Shown: positions 19,795 through 28,268 of the stretch, piece after piece
Layout: every line of letters begins with the position of its first letter
How positions within the stretch are numbered: the stretch's first letter is position 1
Source of the DNA: a virus
Strand: one strand, 5' to 3'
IMG/VR virus record: IMGVR_UViG_3300048834_000128
Span: 1 to 64,000 of that record
DNA length: 64,000 bases
Notes under the pieces: generated by a model
The model's input: only the letters and a program-made list of their open reading frames with translations
Told to the model about the DNA's origin: nothing
Databases searched by the model: none
Translations under genes and position numbers: made by a program

Positions 19795-19827
19795 AATCCT
19801 CGGGAATAAAATCTCGGGGATTTTTTT
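19795..19827 (+). terminator. Intrinsic terminator
   Basis: AATCCTCGGGA-ATAAAA-TCTCGGGGATT + T-run. Confidence 0.8.
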
Positions 19828-19869
19828 AAATAAATTTGGCAATTACAATACGATGTAATACATTTGCCA

Positions 19870-19950
19870 TAGATAACCACGTTTTTAACATATTCTGAGA
19901 ATTAGAGTATTTTTCATTTTAGACTGCCCTCTTTCATCGGAGGGCTTTCT
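19870..19950 (+). ncRNA. Candidate ~80-nt sRNA or attenuated leader
   Basis: Promoter TTTG(19835)...TACATTTG(19859-66), no ORF, ends in hairpin GCCCTCT/GGAGGGC + TTTCT. Confidence 0.5.
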
Positions 19951-19961
19951 ATTGAACAACA

Positions 19962-20297
19962 ATGGGCATGAAGACAAAAGAACAAGCAATAGAAGAAAGA
20001 TTCGACCGATTCTTGGAAGAAAACGGATTCGAGTTCGATGTCAAGAAGGTGGCAAGCAGCCATTACAGACTATTGAGCGAAATGGGAGAAAAGATGTTTG
20101 ACGTCTATCCTAAGAGCGGAAAGGTGTTCACCTTCGATACCCATAAGTACCATGACCTGAAAACCTTTGAGAACGCACTCTTGTTTGTAAGCGATATGAT
20201 GAATGGTGTCAAAAGGGATTACGATTCGGCTATGATTAAGCAATGCGTCGAATTTCTAAGAAAAAGAGGTTATACGATAATCGAACCGAAAAAATAA
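19962..20297 (+). CDS. Hypothetical protein
   Basis: ORF track. Confidence 0.7.
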   Translation: MGMKTKEQAIEERFDRFLEENGFEFDVKKVASSHYRLLSEMGEKMFDVYPKSGKVFTFDTHKYHDLKTFENALLFVSDMMNGVKRDYDSAMIKQCVEFLRKRGYTIIEPKK

Positions 20298-20433
20298 TTT
20301 GGAAATTAAAAAATCATTCCTATATTTGCCCTCGTGTTTAGGGTATTAGACACAGATTACATAGAAAGTATTCAAATCCATAGAATATTCGGAAATGTCC
20401 TCGCTTAATACCCTAAGTGGGGCTTTTCTTTTT
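20298..20433 (+). promoter_or_regulatory. Promoter plus kissing-loop attenuator leader
   Basis: TTTG 20298, TATATTTG 20321-28; hairpin 20334-53 with loop GGGTAT; terminator 20399-20433 with loop ATACCC. Confidence 0.65.
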
Positions 20434-20440
20434 AAGTCAA

Positions 20441-20750
20441 GTCCTACACTCGGATATGATGTATGAGCCACAGGACGCGTTTAATCATATCTTAAAGCGG
20501 TAAAAGTATGCTGCGAACCGCAATCGGTTGACACACTCCGAAAGGGGCAGGGAGAGCCGAAGGACAGTGACAGGGTGTTCAATCGGAAACGATAGCCTTG
20601 ACAGTCTCCCTTGCTAATGGATAAGAACATCACATTGGCTAATGCGAAACTCCCGACTTCTCAAGTCAATTATAAAAGCATTAGTGTCCAATCTCTTTAT
20701 GTCTATTTATTTAGACGTTTAGGGAAGGGACACATTTTGCCGCTCATCAG
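20441..20750 (+). ncRNA. Candidate large structured ncRNA
   Basis: At least 8 consecutive stems, two GAAA tetraloops, complementary loops GATATGA/TCATATC. Confidence 0.6.
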
Positions 20751-20802
20751 CCCTCATTCTAAGTCAATTATATATTCTTACTATACTATATATACTATAA
20801 TA

Positions 20803-21030
20803 ATGAAAATAAAAGTAAAAATTGTCAAAAAAAGCGATAATTCCGAAACGGAAGTCGAGATGACACCGAAGCAGTATAAACAATATTTTTCAAGTAAGTA
20901 TGGTAAGGTTAAAAAACCAAAGAAGAAGCGACTGAAGAAATCTTTTACAGATGTAAAAACAGGTCGTGCTATCGGAGGAATTAAGAATATGAATGCTGAA
21001 TTTAGGAGAAAAATGATGCTCGATGACTAA
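20803..21030 (+). CDS. Small very basic protein
   Basis: MKIKVKIVKK...KKPKKKRLKK; ATG at 20803 (upstream extension in ORF track is the structured RNA). Confidence 0.6.
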   Translation: MKIKVKIVKKSDNSETEVEMTPKQYKQYFSSKYGKVKKPKKKRLKKSFTDVKTGRAIGGIKNMNAEFRRKMMLDD

Positions 21031-21053
21031 AAAACACCCTAAAAGTCAGTCGT

Positions 21054-21083
21054 AACAACGTATTTTCTTTCTGTATATATTTG
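21054..21083 (+). promoter_or_regulatory. Late promoter AACAAC-N16-TATATTTG (scaffold/MCP)
   Basis: Consensus match. Confidence 0.75.
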
Positions 21084-21106
21084 CAGACAGATAATTACAG
21101 AATGTT

Positions 21107-22306
21107 ATGACAGAACAAAATGACCCTGCTACAGAAAGAATGATGGCCGAGTTTATGGAAGGTTTGGAAATTCCGAAAGAGAATCCGACACCGACACCAG
21201 AACCGACCCCTACTCCTGAACCTGAACCAAATCCCGAACCTACACCTGAGCCAGAGCCGAATCCAGAGCCAACGCCTGAACCGACTCCCGAACCCGACCA
21301 GATTGCCGACGATATAAAACTTCGTGCAATCAACGAGATGCTCGGAACAAACTTCACTTCAATAGAAGATGCTGGTTATATCAGAAATACCTTGAATGAG
21401 GTAGACTCATTAAGGGAGGTACAGAAGAAATATAGGGAGATTGAGGAAACTCCCATTGCCAAATTTCACAATGACAAACTGAGGGAACTCAATACGTTTG
21501 CGGAAACTACTGGCATAGATTCACCATCGGTATTCGAGAAGATAAAGCATTTCGACGCTACCGATAAGAAAGACCCTATCGAGGCAATCGTCCTCGCAGA
21601 GATAATCAAAGACCCTTCACTCGCCACCAAAGCCGATTTGCTTAGAAAGTCAATCGCAAGGGAGTATAAGACGACCATTCCTAATGAAGAAGATTTGGAT
21701 GGAATCGAACTTGAAAGGGCGAAGGAGGATGCTGAACTCGAGTCATTCCGACTTGAGAGAAACGCAGCGAAGGCACAGAAGGAGATATCCGACGTGCTTG
21801 ACAAGGTTAAGGCGGGAACGCCTAACGAAACAATAAGGCAGATTCAGGAAAGGAGAGAGGTCATACGTGATTCGTGGGACAAGTATCTTACTGAAAAGCA
21901 AGAATTGGTTTTTGCCAAGATTCCAGTACAAGTACCGAAGGGAAAGGATGGTAACGGCAACGAAACATTCGAGGTTATAGACAATATCACATTGTCAAAG
22001 GAGGAGATGAAGGAGGCAGTACAGGCTGTCGTCAAGGAGGCTGAACGTAAGGGACTCGAACTGAATCAGGAGAATTTCCTGAAACTCGTTCCGAAACACT
22101 ACGACAGAATCATTGCAAAGAACATCCACAAAGTCACCACGTCAATCTCTTCAAAAAAAGAGGCGCAGATTCGTCTGGAACTTGAAAAGAAGTATTCCAA
22201 CCCGTCAAACCTCAAGATTGAAACCAAAGTACCCGCAGGTAATGACAAACCTAAGACCGTGGATGATATCCTCGATCCTATGTACAAAGCCCAAGGTTAC
22301 ATGTAG
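21107..22306 (+). CDS. Probable capsid scaffolding protein
   Basis: Acidic and helical, PE/PT repeat near N-terminus (~21185-21297), immediately upstream of MCP. Confidence 0.6.
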   Translation: MTEQNDPATERMMAEFMEGLEIPKENPTPTPEPTPTPEPEPNPEPTPEPEPNPEPTPEPTPEPDQIADDIKLRAINEMLGTNFTSIEDAGYIRNTLNEVDSLREVQKKYREIEETPIAKFHNDKLRELNTFAETTGIDSPSVFEKIKHFDATDKKDPIEAIVLAEIIKDPSLATKADLLRKSIAREYKTTIPNEEDLDGIELERAKEDAELESFRLERNAAKAQKEISDVLDKVKAGTPNETIRQIQERREVIRDSWDKYLTEKQELVFAKIPVQVPKGKDGNGNETFEVIDNITLSKEEMKEAVQAVVKEAERKGLELNQENFLKLVPKHYDRIIAKNIHKVTTSISSKKEAQIRLELEKKYSNPSNLKIETKVPAGNDKPKTVDDILDPMYKAQGYM

Positions 22307-22361
22307 GTCTAAATCACCGATCCCTAACTTACATTAACAAAAAAGCAAACAAACAAACAAA

Positions 22362-23747
22362 ATGGCAAACATTCCACAAATTGCGGCAACCTATCAGAAT
22401 AACATAGTGTCCGCATTCGATGTCCACAAACCGGACAAACTTTCTAAACTCTTCCGTCGTTATGGCGACCAAGGTGCATCATGGTATCTGAAATTGGCAC
22501 AAATGGGATTCGTCCTTCCTGTCGCTCAGATGCAATATTCGCACTATGAAGACCAGTTGAAAAACCCTACATTCCAAGCGAGAGCCGGTGTAGCACAACC
22601 AGCAGCAGGTGCAACCATGGATATCACATTGGCAGCAGTCGATGTAGATACCAATAACAACTTCTATCCACGTCTTAACGACATCGTTAATTTCAAGGGC
22701 GGGCAGAAAGGTTTCATCCAGTCAATCGACGTAACCACTCCATCTCAGCCGGTTCTTACCGTTGCTCCATTGGGTGCAGGTGCATCATACAGACTTCCTG
22801 CGGTTGATGCCAATGAGGAAATGTCACTTACCACAAACGCCTTCGCAGAGAAGACAGGTCAGCCTAAAGGTATCGTTCCAAGCGCTATCGAAAGGGTGAA
22901 CTACACTCAGATCATGAAGGAGACATTGGAAGTGAGCGGTTCTGAGCAAACCAACCAGACATGGATGACAGGCGGATGGGCTAATTTCAACGGAGTAACC
23001 ATGGCAGACGGTCAGGTTGCATCAGGCGATACTTGGTACAACGTAAACTTCCTTGACATGGAATGGAGAATGAACAAGCAGATTTCAGGAGCATTGCTCA
23101 TGGGGCTTGCAGGTGACGGTACATTGGTTGACGATAGCGGTAATGCCGTTCAGACAACCCAAGGTGTCGTTCCTACCATTCAGGCGTTAGGTAACAACCA
23201 GACTTACACTCCGGGTTCATTGTCGGTAACGGACTTCGACGCATGGAGCCGTATCCTTGACAGGAACTACGCAGGTGACTACGTTATGGGTTCATTCTCT
23301 AAATCATTGCAGGATGAATTGGAGAACCTATTGGTTGCATACCTTGCCAACACAAACATCCAGTTCGCAGACCCTACAGTTGAGAAAGCCGTAAATATCG
23401 GATTCACAGCATTGAAGAAATCCCAAAGGAACTTCATGTTCGACGTCGAGATGGCATTCAGCGACAGACAGACATTCGGTATCACAGGTTCAATCTACGA
23501 AGGAGCAGGTATGTTCATTCCGGTATTGAAGAAACGTGACGCGAAATCAGGTCAGATGGTCGACAACATCGGAGCACGTTACAAGGAGAAGAACGGATAT
23601 TCAAGAAAAATGGAAATCTGGTCAGTAAGCGGTTCCGGTCCTGGTATGAAAGTAACAGACATCGACAAATCCGCTACCTACATGAGATGCGATATCGGTG
23701 CCCATATCTTAGGTGCAAACCAGATGATATGGTTGCAACCGGCCTAA
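22362..23747 (+). CDS. Major capsid protein (crAss-like)
   Basis: 461 aa; LFRRYGDQ, NYTQIMKETLEVSGS, TQGVVPTI, GANQ motifs; strong A-rich leader and terminator. Confidence 0.85.
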   Translation: MANIPQIAATYQNNIVSAFDVHKPDKLSKLFRRYGDQGASWYLKLAQMGFVLPVAQMQYSHYEDQLKNPTFQARAGVAQPAAGATMDITLAAVDVDTNNNFYPRLNDIVNFKGGQKGFIQSIDVTTPSQPVLTVAPLGAGASYRLPAVDANEEMSLTTNAFAEKTGQPKGIVPSAIERVNYTQIMKETLEVSGSEQTNQTWMTGGWANFNGVTMADGQVASGDTWYNVNFLDMEWRMNKQISGALLMGLAGDGTLVDDSGNAVQTTQGVVPTIQALGNNQTYTPGSLSVTDFDAWSRILDRNYAGDYVMGSFSKSLQDELENLLVAYLANTNIQFADPTVEKAVNIGFTALKKSQRNFMFDVEMAFSDRQTFGITGSIYEGAGMFIPVLKKRDAKSGQMVDNIGARYKEKNGYSRKMEIWSVSGSGPGMKVTDIDKSATYMRCDIGAHILGANQMIWLQPA

Positions 23748-23764
23748 CTAATTTAAACTATTGA

Positions 23765-23798
23765 GGGAGACGGGAGTAAAATCCCGTTTCCTTTTTTT
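23765..23798 (+). terminator. Intrinsic terminator after MCP
   Basis: GGGAGACGGGA-GTAAAA-TCCCGTTTCC + T7. Confidence 0.85.
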
Positions 23799-23837
23799 AC
23801 CTTTGCATAGATAACAGATAACACCAACGAAAAAATC

Positions 23838-24797
23838 ATGATTTATATTAACAACGAACTGCTCAACTATAATAAGCCTGAGCACAAACAGTACAGAAAG
23901 GCGTTCGACGCTTTCAGAAGGAAATTCTCGGAGAACTTCGTAGACGGTAGAATGGTAAAGCCGTTACTCGTCAAATACAAGGAGGATCTGGTTAAGCCGG
24001 ACCCGAGGAACAAGGGATTGCTACTTCAACCTAAAAGTATGGGGCTTCAGTTCCGTTCAAGAATCTACAATGAGGATGGTCAGGAAGTCGAGATAAGGTA
24101 TTCAAGGACTCCTGGTATAATGGACCACAAACTCGGAATACTTACCTTCAAGGAGAATTTTACAGAAGTTGTGGACGGAAGACTTTCAATCACAGACCCG
24201 GACCTTGCATTGTATTTCTCGGAATATAGCAGACAGAACGCAGACAACCCTAAGAACCAAGGGGAACTTTCGGCATGGTTCAGAATCGACGATCCGGTAG
24301 CGGAAAGAAAGATTGTGGCACAGGCGAAAGCAAGGGAGGCATTATTCATGTCGAGATTGTGGAACGAACCGGAACATGGCGGACTTGGAGACAGTCGCCT
24401 GAGAGTCATAGGTGCGGAACTTATGATTAAGGATTCAGACACCGTTGATGTGAATGAATTAAGGGAGAACATCGACAGACTGATTAAATTCAGACCGGCA
24501 CTGAAGGACGAGTTCCTTGACAGAACGGACGCTACGGACATCACACCGGAAGAGGAGCATGCAAGAATGGTATTGGTCGCCAAGGCAATCGAGATGAAAC
24601 TATTCAGCGTGAACACCATCACAAGGACATATCACAAGCATGACCCTGAGACTAAGAAGCAGATAAAGAAGCCGATATTCAACTACGGAAAGAACGAGAA
24701 GAATCACAGATTGGCTTTCTATGTATATCTTGAGACAGAAGAACCAGAGACTATTGACGCGTTAAAGCAGTCGATGGCACTTCTGACTGAGGCATAG
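23838..24797 (+). CDS. Conserved protein downstream of MCP in crAss-like phages (function unknown)
   Basis: Position; EIRYS...DGRLSI...WFRIDDP pattern; own promoter TACCTTTG at 23798. Confidence 0.6.
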   Translation: MIYINNELLNYNKPEHKQYRKAFDAFRRKFSENFVDGRMVKPLLVKYKEDLVKPDPRNKGLLLQPKSMGLQFRSRIYNEDGQEVEIRYSRTPGIMDHKLGILTFKENFTEVVDGRLSITDPDLALYFSEYSRQNADNPKNQGELSAWFRIDDPVAERKIVAQAKAREALFMSRLWNEPEHGGLGDSRLRVIGAELMIKDSDTVDVNELRENIDRLIKFRPALKDEFLDRTDATDITPEEEHARMVLVAKAIEMKLFSVNTITRTYHKHDPETKKQIKKPIFNYGKNEKNHRLAFYVYLETEEPETIDALKQSMALLTEA

Positions 24798-24827
24798 ACG
24801 AGTTCGTTCATAATTCGTGGTTATCTA

Positions 24828-24863
24828 AGACCCTCATTAGAAATAGTGAGGGTTTTGTTTTTT
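24828..24863 (+). terminator. Intrinsic terminator
   Basis: AGACCCTCATT-loop-AGTGAGGGTTT + T-run. Confidence 0.8.
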
Positions 24864-24896
24864 AGAAAAAATGTATTTATATTTGCAATGTCACAC

Positions 24897-24967
24897 AAGG
24901 ATATAGTTTAATGGCAGAATAAAGGTCTCCAAAACCATTGGTAGCGGTTCGAGTCCGTTTGTCTTTG
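24897..24967 (+). tRNA. trnW: tRNA-Trp (CCA), no encoded CCA end, one mismatch in anticodon stem
   Basis: Acceptor AAGGATA/TGTCTTT, D GTTT/GAAT, loop CT-CCA-AA, T-arm AGCGG-TTCGAGT-CCGTT; promoter TATATTTG just upstream. Confidence 0.75.
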
Positions 24968-24985
24968 CAAACATTTATTAAGAAA

Positions 24986-25078
24986 GGGGCGAAAACTTTG
25001 AATTACATGACCGAAAGGGTTGCAAACCGATTGGAATAAGATTCAAAAAGCACCTGCGAAGTACAAGCAGTCAGCCCC
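24986..25078 (+). ncRNA. Candidate structured RNA co-transcribed with tRNA
   Basis: GGGGC/GCCCC closing stem, TTTGAAT/ATTCAAA, CC-GAAA-GG, CTGC/GCAG. Confidence 0.45.
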
Positions 25079-25116
25079 GCAGTTATTTCCCCCTTAAGAT
25101 GAGAAATTCTTAAGTT

Positions 25117-25149
25117 TGCCAATCCAATTGCAGGGTTGGCATTTTCTTT
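25117..25149 (+). terminator. Terminator of tRNA transcript
   Basis: TGCCAATCC/GGGTTGGCA + TTTTCTTT. Confidence 0.75.
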
Positions 25150-25153
25150 ACCC

Positions 25154-25183
25154 AACAACCTAACGTGCTAAATATTATATTTG
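25154..25183 (+). promoter_or_regulatory. Late promoter AACAAC-N16-TATATTTG (lysis genes)
   Basis: Consensus match. Confidence 0.75.
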
Positions 25184-25190
25184 TATCATC

Positions 25191-25475
25191 ATGAAGAAAA
25201 AAATAGGCATATTTCTGAACACCCCTACGGGTTCGTTCGTAAAGGTGTTCTTGGGTTCCATGGTAGGATACTATCTGAGCACCTTCCTTATGGAGGATAC
25301 CGACCCGTTCACCTTTGACAGGAAATCCATAAAGGCAATCATTGCGGGAGGAATCGCCCCTATTCTGCCGATAATCACCAATTTCATAAACAGGCAGGAT
25401 ACGCGTTACGGAAAATCACCAAAACCTACAAACCTTTCTCCCGATCCGTTAAACCCCGATAAGTATAAGTCATGA
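25191..25475 (+). CDS. Putative holin
   Basis: Two hydrophobic segments, ...NRQDTRYGK tail, ATGA overlap with endolysin. Confidence 0.65.
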   Translation: MKKKIGIFLNTPTGSFVKVFLGSMVGYYLSTFLMEDTDPFTFDRKSIKAIIAGGIAPILPIITNFINRQDTRYGKSPKPTNLSPDPLNPDKYKS

Positions 25476-25966
25476 AAGACCAAGTAACATTAGACAGGAT
25501 AGAACTAATGCACCCTCTGTTAAAGGATGAGACGCATGAGATATATAATGAGATATGCGAAGCATTGAACGGAAGGGCGATTTGCAGGTTCGCCTACACC
25601 TTGAGAACATTTGAAGAACAAGACAAACTATTTCTTAAACGCCCAAAAGTCACCAATGCAAAAGGCGGACAATCCTATCACAACTATGGTTTAGCCGTGG
25701 ATGTTGTTCTTTTAAAAGACAAGGATGGTAACGGCACGTTTGAAACGGCATCATGGGAAACCAACGTCGATTTTGATGGTGACGGAGTTGCAGATTGGAC
25801 GGAAGTGGTAAGGATATTCAAGATGTACGGATGGGAAGCAGGCATAGATTGGAAATTTAGAGATGCCCCTCATTTCCAAAAGACGTTCGGCAAATCAATT
25901 AAAGACCTTCAGAGAATGTATTCGGCACAAGGCAAACCTAAGTACATACAATTCTCACATTTGTAA
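25472..25966 (+). CDS. Endolysin, M15 L-Ala-D-Glu peptidase
   Basis: LRTFEEQDKLF...VTNAKGGQSYHNYGLAVD...DAPHFQ. Confidence 0.92.
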   Translation: MKDQVTLDRIELMHPLLKDETHEIYNEICEALNGRAICRFAYTLRTFEEQDKLFLKRPKVTNAKGGQSYHNYGLAVDVVLLKDKDGNGTFETASWETNVDFDGDGVADWTEVVRIFKMYGWEAGIDWKFRDAPHFQKTFGKSIKDLQRMYSAQGKPKYIQFSHL

Positions 25967-25998
25967 CACTCACTCAAACAACACATTAACATATATTT

Positions 25999-26030
25999 GG
26001 TGCCTGAAAGTAAAATTTCGGGCATTTTTA
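25999..26030 (+). terminator. Intrinsic terminator
   Basis: TGCCTGAAA/TTTCGGGCA + T5. Confidence 0.8.
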
Positions 26031-26067
26031 TTTGGTTTTTATAATACGTTGTAATACATTTGTGGTC

Positions 26068-26292
26068 ATGAAAGCGAAAGTCAAGAAAAAGAAATCGAGA
26101 AACAAGACGGACAGGACACATCAGCCGAGGGGAGGATCCAAGGCAATGATAGTTGTAAAATCCGAGGCATGGTTGAAGTCTGACATGATAGCGATAGGGG
26201 AGAACATGGAGCCTAAGTGTACATTGACACAGGTGGTGATTCAGGCATTGATAAACTATCGCAGGGAGAACGAACATCTAATAGCACCGTAA
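26068..26292 (+). CDS. Putative ribbon-helix-helix regulator (leaderless)
   Basis: Strand AMIVVKSE, helix AWLKSDMIAIG, helix TLTQVVIQALINY; promoter/operator at 26042-26062. Confidence 0.55.
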   Translation: MKAKVKKKKSRNKTDRTHQPRGGSKAMIVVKSEAWLKSDMIAIGENMEPKCTLTQVVIQALINYRRENEHLIAP

Positions 26293-26293
26293 A

Positions 26294-27200
26294 ATGAAAT
26301 CAGTAATAAACAAAAAGATAGCGGTAAAGATAAACACCGAGCGAGATAGGGAGTTGGTAATCCCTTTCTTGCAGTCATTGGGAGGTGGGAATGTTCACCA
26401 TGTAACCAATGACAATATAGATATCGGTGAAATATGGTACATATCAACAGATAAAAATAAGATAGTGATTAACAAGTATGTAGATTTAAAAAGTGAAGGT
26501 TACACCATCCTCGAAGGAGTGCCGACTGATTTTGAACTACCAAAAACAACTGAAAGTAAAACAAGGGAGCAGCAGTTAGAGGAAGAAAACAAGGCTTTGA
26601 GGGATACTTTAGAAATGGCAAAACAATATTTCTCAGATGGCACTACTGATGACTTGATTATCCTATGTGAAAGGATTGATAAACAACTAATAAATAACCA
26701 ATGAATAAAGAAGAATTTTATAAAAGAATAGATGACTTGACAAATGAAACAGGGTTTGATTTATCTAAAGAACAAAAACGATTTGCATTTGTTGTTGCCG
26801 AACAATACGCCACATCCCAAACCTCACAACTTGAAAAGGAGATAGAGGTGCTGAAAGAAAAGATTGAAATAGTAAAGAATATTCTTAACGATTGTATTAG
26901 TACAGATAGTGCCGTTTGGACGATAAACACAGCAAGAGAAATATTGTATAAAGACACCCACACCACCAAAACAATAGAGAAATGAAACAACCAAATAATA
27001 TAATAAACTATATCTGTTATTTATTAATGTGCTTAAATGCCCTTTATAGCGTATGGAATCACGAAATTGGTTTAGCATTCCATATATCAACCACACTATT
27101 ATTCATGAGATTGTGGCACATTGAATTAGGTAAGGGTAAAGTTACAAATGTTAAAGCGGATAGTGTTGAGTTAATTATAAAACAAAAAGATAACCAATGA
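26294..27200 (+). other. Three small hypothetical CDS (26294-26704, 26701-26985, 26982-27200)
   Basis: ORF track; ATGA-coupled, AT-rich. Confidence 0.65.
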
Positions 27201-27442
27201 AACAACTAATAATAGCCTTAATCCTTCTATCAAGTTGCGATAGAAATTACAACAACGATGTAAGCGGCTCAAAAAGACAAACACCATCGGCAAACACAAT
27301 ATTGCTTTCAAAAGGCAGCGACGATAATGTAATGACAATAGAACATGATTCGTGCGAATATATACTATTTCAAGGATTTCAAAGAGGTGGTATAATTCAT
27401 AAACAAAATTGCAAATATTGTAAACAAAGAAATCAAAAATGA
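27197..27442 (+). CDS. Small lipoprotein
   Basis: MKQLIIALILLSS-C; C-terminal HKQNCKYC. Confidence 0.7.
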   Translation: MKQLIIALILLSSCDRNYNNDVSGSKRQTPSANTILLSKGSDDNVMTIEHDSCEYILFQGFQRGGIIHKQNCKYCKQRNQK

Positions 27443-27492
27443 AACACCTACTTATACTAATAATCCTATCAAGTTGCTCTCAAAAGGCATGA
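27439..27492 (+). pseudogene. Orphan lipoprotein signal peptide (5' remnant of spanin-like gene)
   Basis: MKHLLILIILSSCSQKA-stop; ends in a 12-bp repeat shared with the gene at 28216. Confidence 0.55.
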
Positions 27493-28268
27493 AACGATTT
27501 ATCTCATTTTCTGGCGGTGTTGAAAGTACGACCATGTGCATATTGTATGGCAAATGGGCGAAGGCTATTTGGTGCGATACGGGAGCGGAGCATCAGAAGA
27601 TGTACGATAGAATGGATTTGGTAGAAGAAAAGTTAAAGAAACTGCATGGCGGTGATTTCGAGATTATCAGATTGAAGCCCAGCACGAAGATAAAAGGTGA
27701 ATTGGTCGATAATCTTTTGGATGGAGTCATCAGGCAGAAATTCATGCCTTCATCTATGAAGCGTTATTGTACGAGATTGTTCAAGATTGAGCCTATTGAT
27801 AGGTTTTTAAAAGAGCAAGGCGAATGTGAACTGATGATAGGATTGAACGCAGACGAAACCGCAAGAGAGGGTAATTACGGGATGATGGCGAATGTCAAGT
27901 ATAGTTACCCATTGCAGGATGATGGACATAGTAGAGCCGATTGCGAAGCGATACTTGATGTTTACGGATTGCACCCCAGATTCCCTGCATATATGTTGAG
28001 GGGTGGATGTTCGATGTGTTTCTTCAAATCGGAAAAGGAATATAAGGCATTGTGGTATATGGATAGGGATGAATTTGATAGGATGGTTGAGTTTGAGGAT
28101 AGATACCAAGACAAAAGGGTAAAGTTCTACTCAATAATGGGGAATGGTAAATCACTAAGGCAGTTAGCCAGAGAGTGCGAAGCGGAAATGTTTAAAATCG
28201 AATTAAAGGGAATATATGAAAATTACAATAAACAAGGCAAGTCTTGCGGTGCTTTTTGTCATCGTTAG
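27489..28268 (+). CDS. PAPS-reductase family (PP-loop, Cys-rich) protein
   Basis: FISFSGGVEST PP-loop, DTGAEH, RYCTRLFKIEP, GLNADE, RGGCSMCFF, terminal CGAFC. Confidence 0.88.
   Translation: MKRFISFSGGVESTTMCILYGKWAKAIWCDTGAEHQKMYDRMDLVEEKLKKLHGGDFEIIRLKPSTKIKGELVDNLLDGVIRQKFMPSSMKRYCTRLFKIEPIDRFLKEQGECELMIGLNADETAREGNYGMMANVKYSYPLQDDGHSRADCEAILDVYGLHPRFPAYMLRGGCSMCFFKSEKEYKALWYMDRDEFDRMVEFEDRYQDKRVKFYSIMGNGKSLRQLARECEAEMFKIELKGIYENYNKQGKSCGAFCHR

Noticed and set aside
20441-20750. Group I intron or retron ncRNA
   Set aside because: No recognisable P7/R-S core, no interrupted gene, and no reverse transcriptase in the window.
20700-20752. Minus-strand CTGATGA as a second hammerhead
   Set aside because: No stem II followed by GAAA and no stem III or UH site.
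20611-20802. N-terminal extension of ORF 20611-21030
   Set aside because: Non-ATG start, unprotein-like composition, and overlap with RNA hairpins; ATG 20803 preferred.
24986-25082. tmRNA or tRNA-Cys (GGGGC start, TTGCAAA)
   Set aside because: Too short for tmRNA, no T-loop GTTC, and the anticodon stem does not form.
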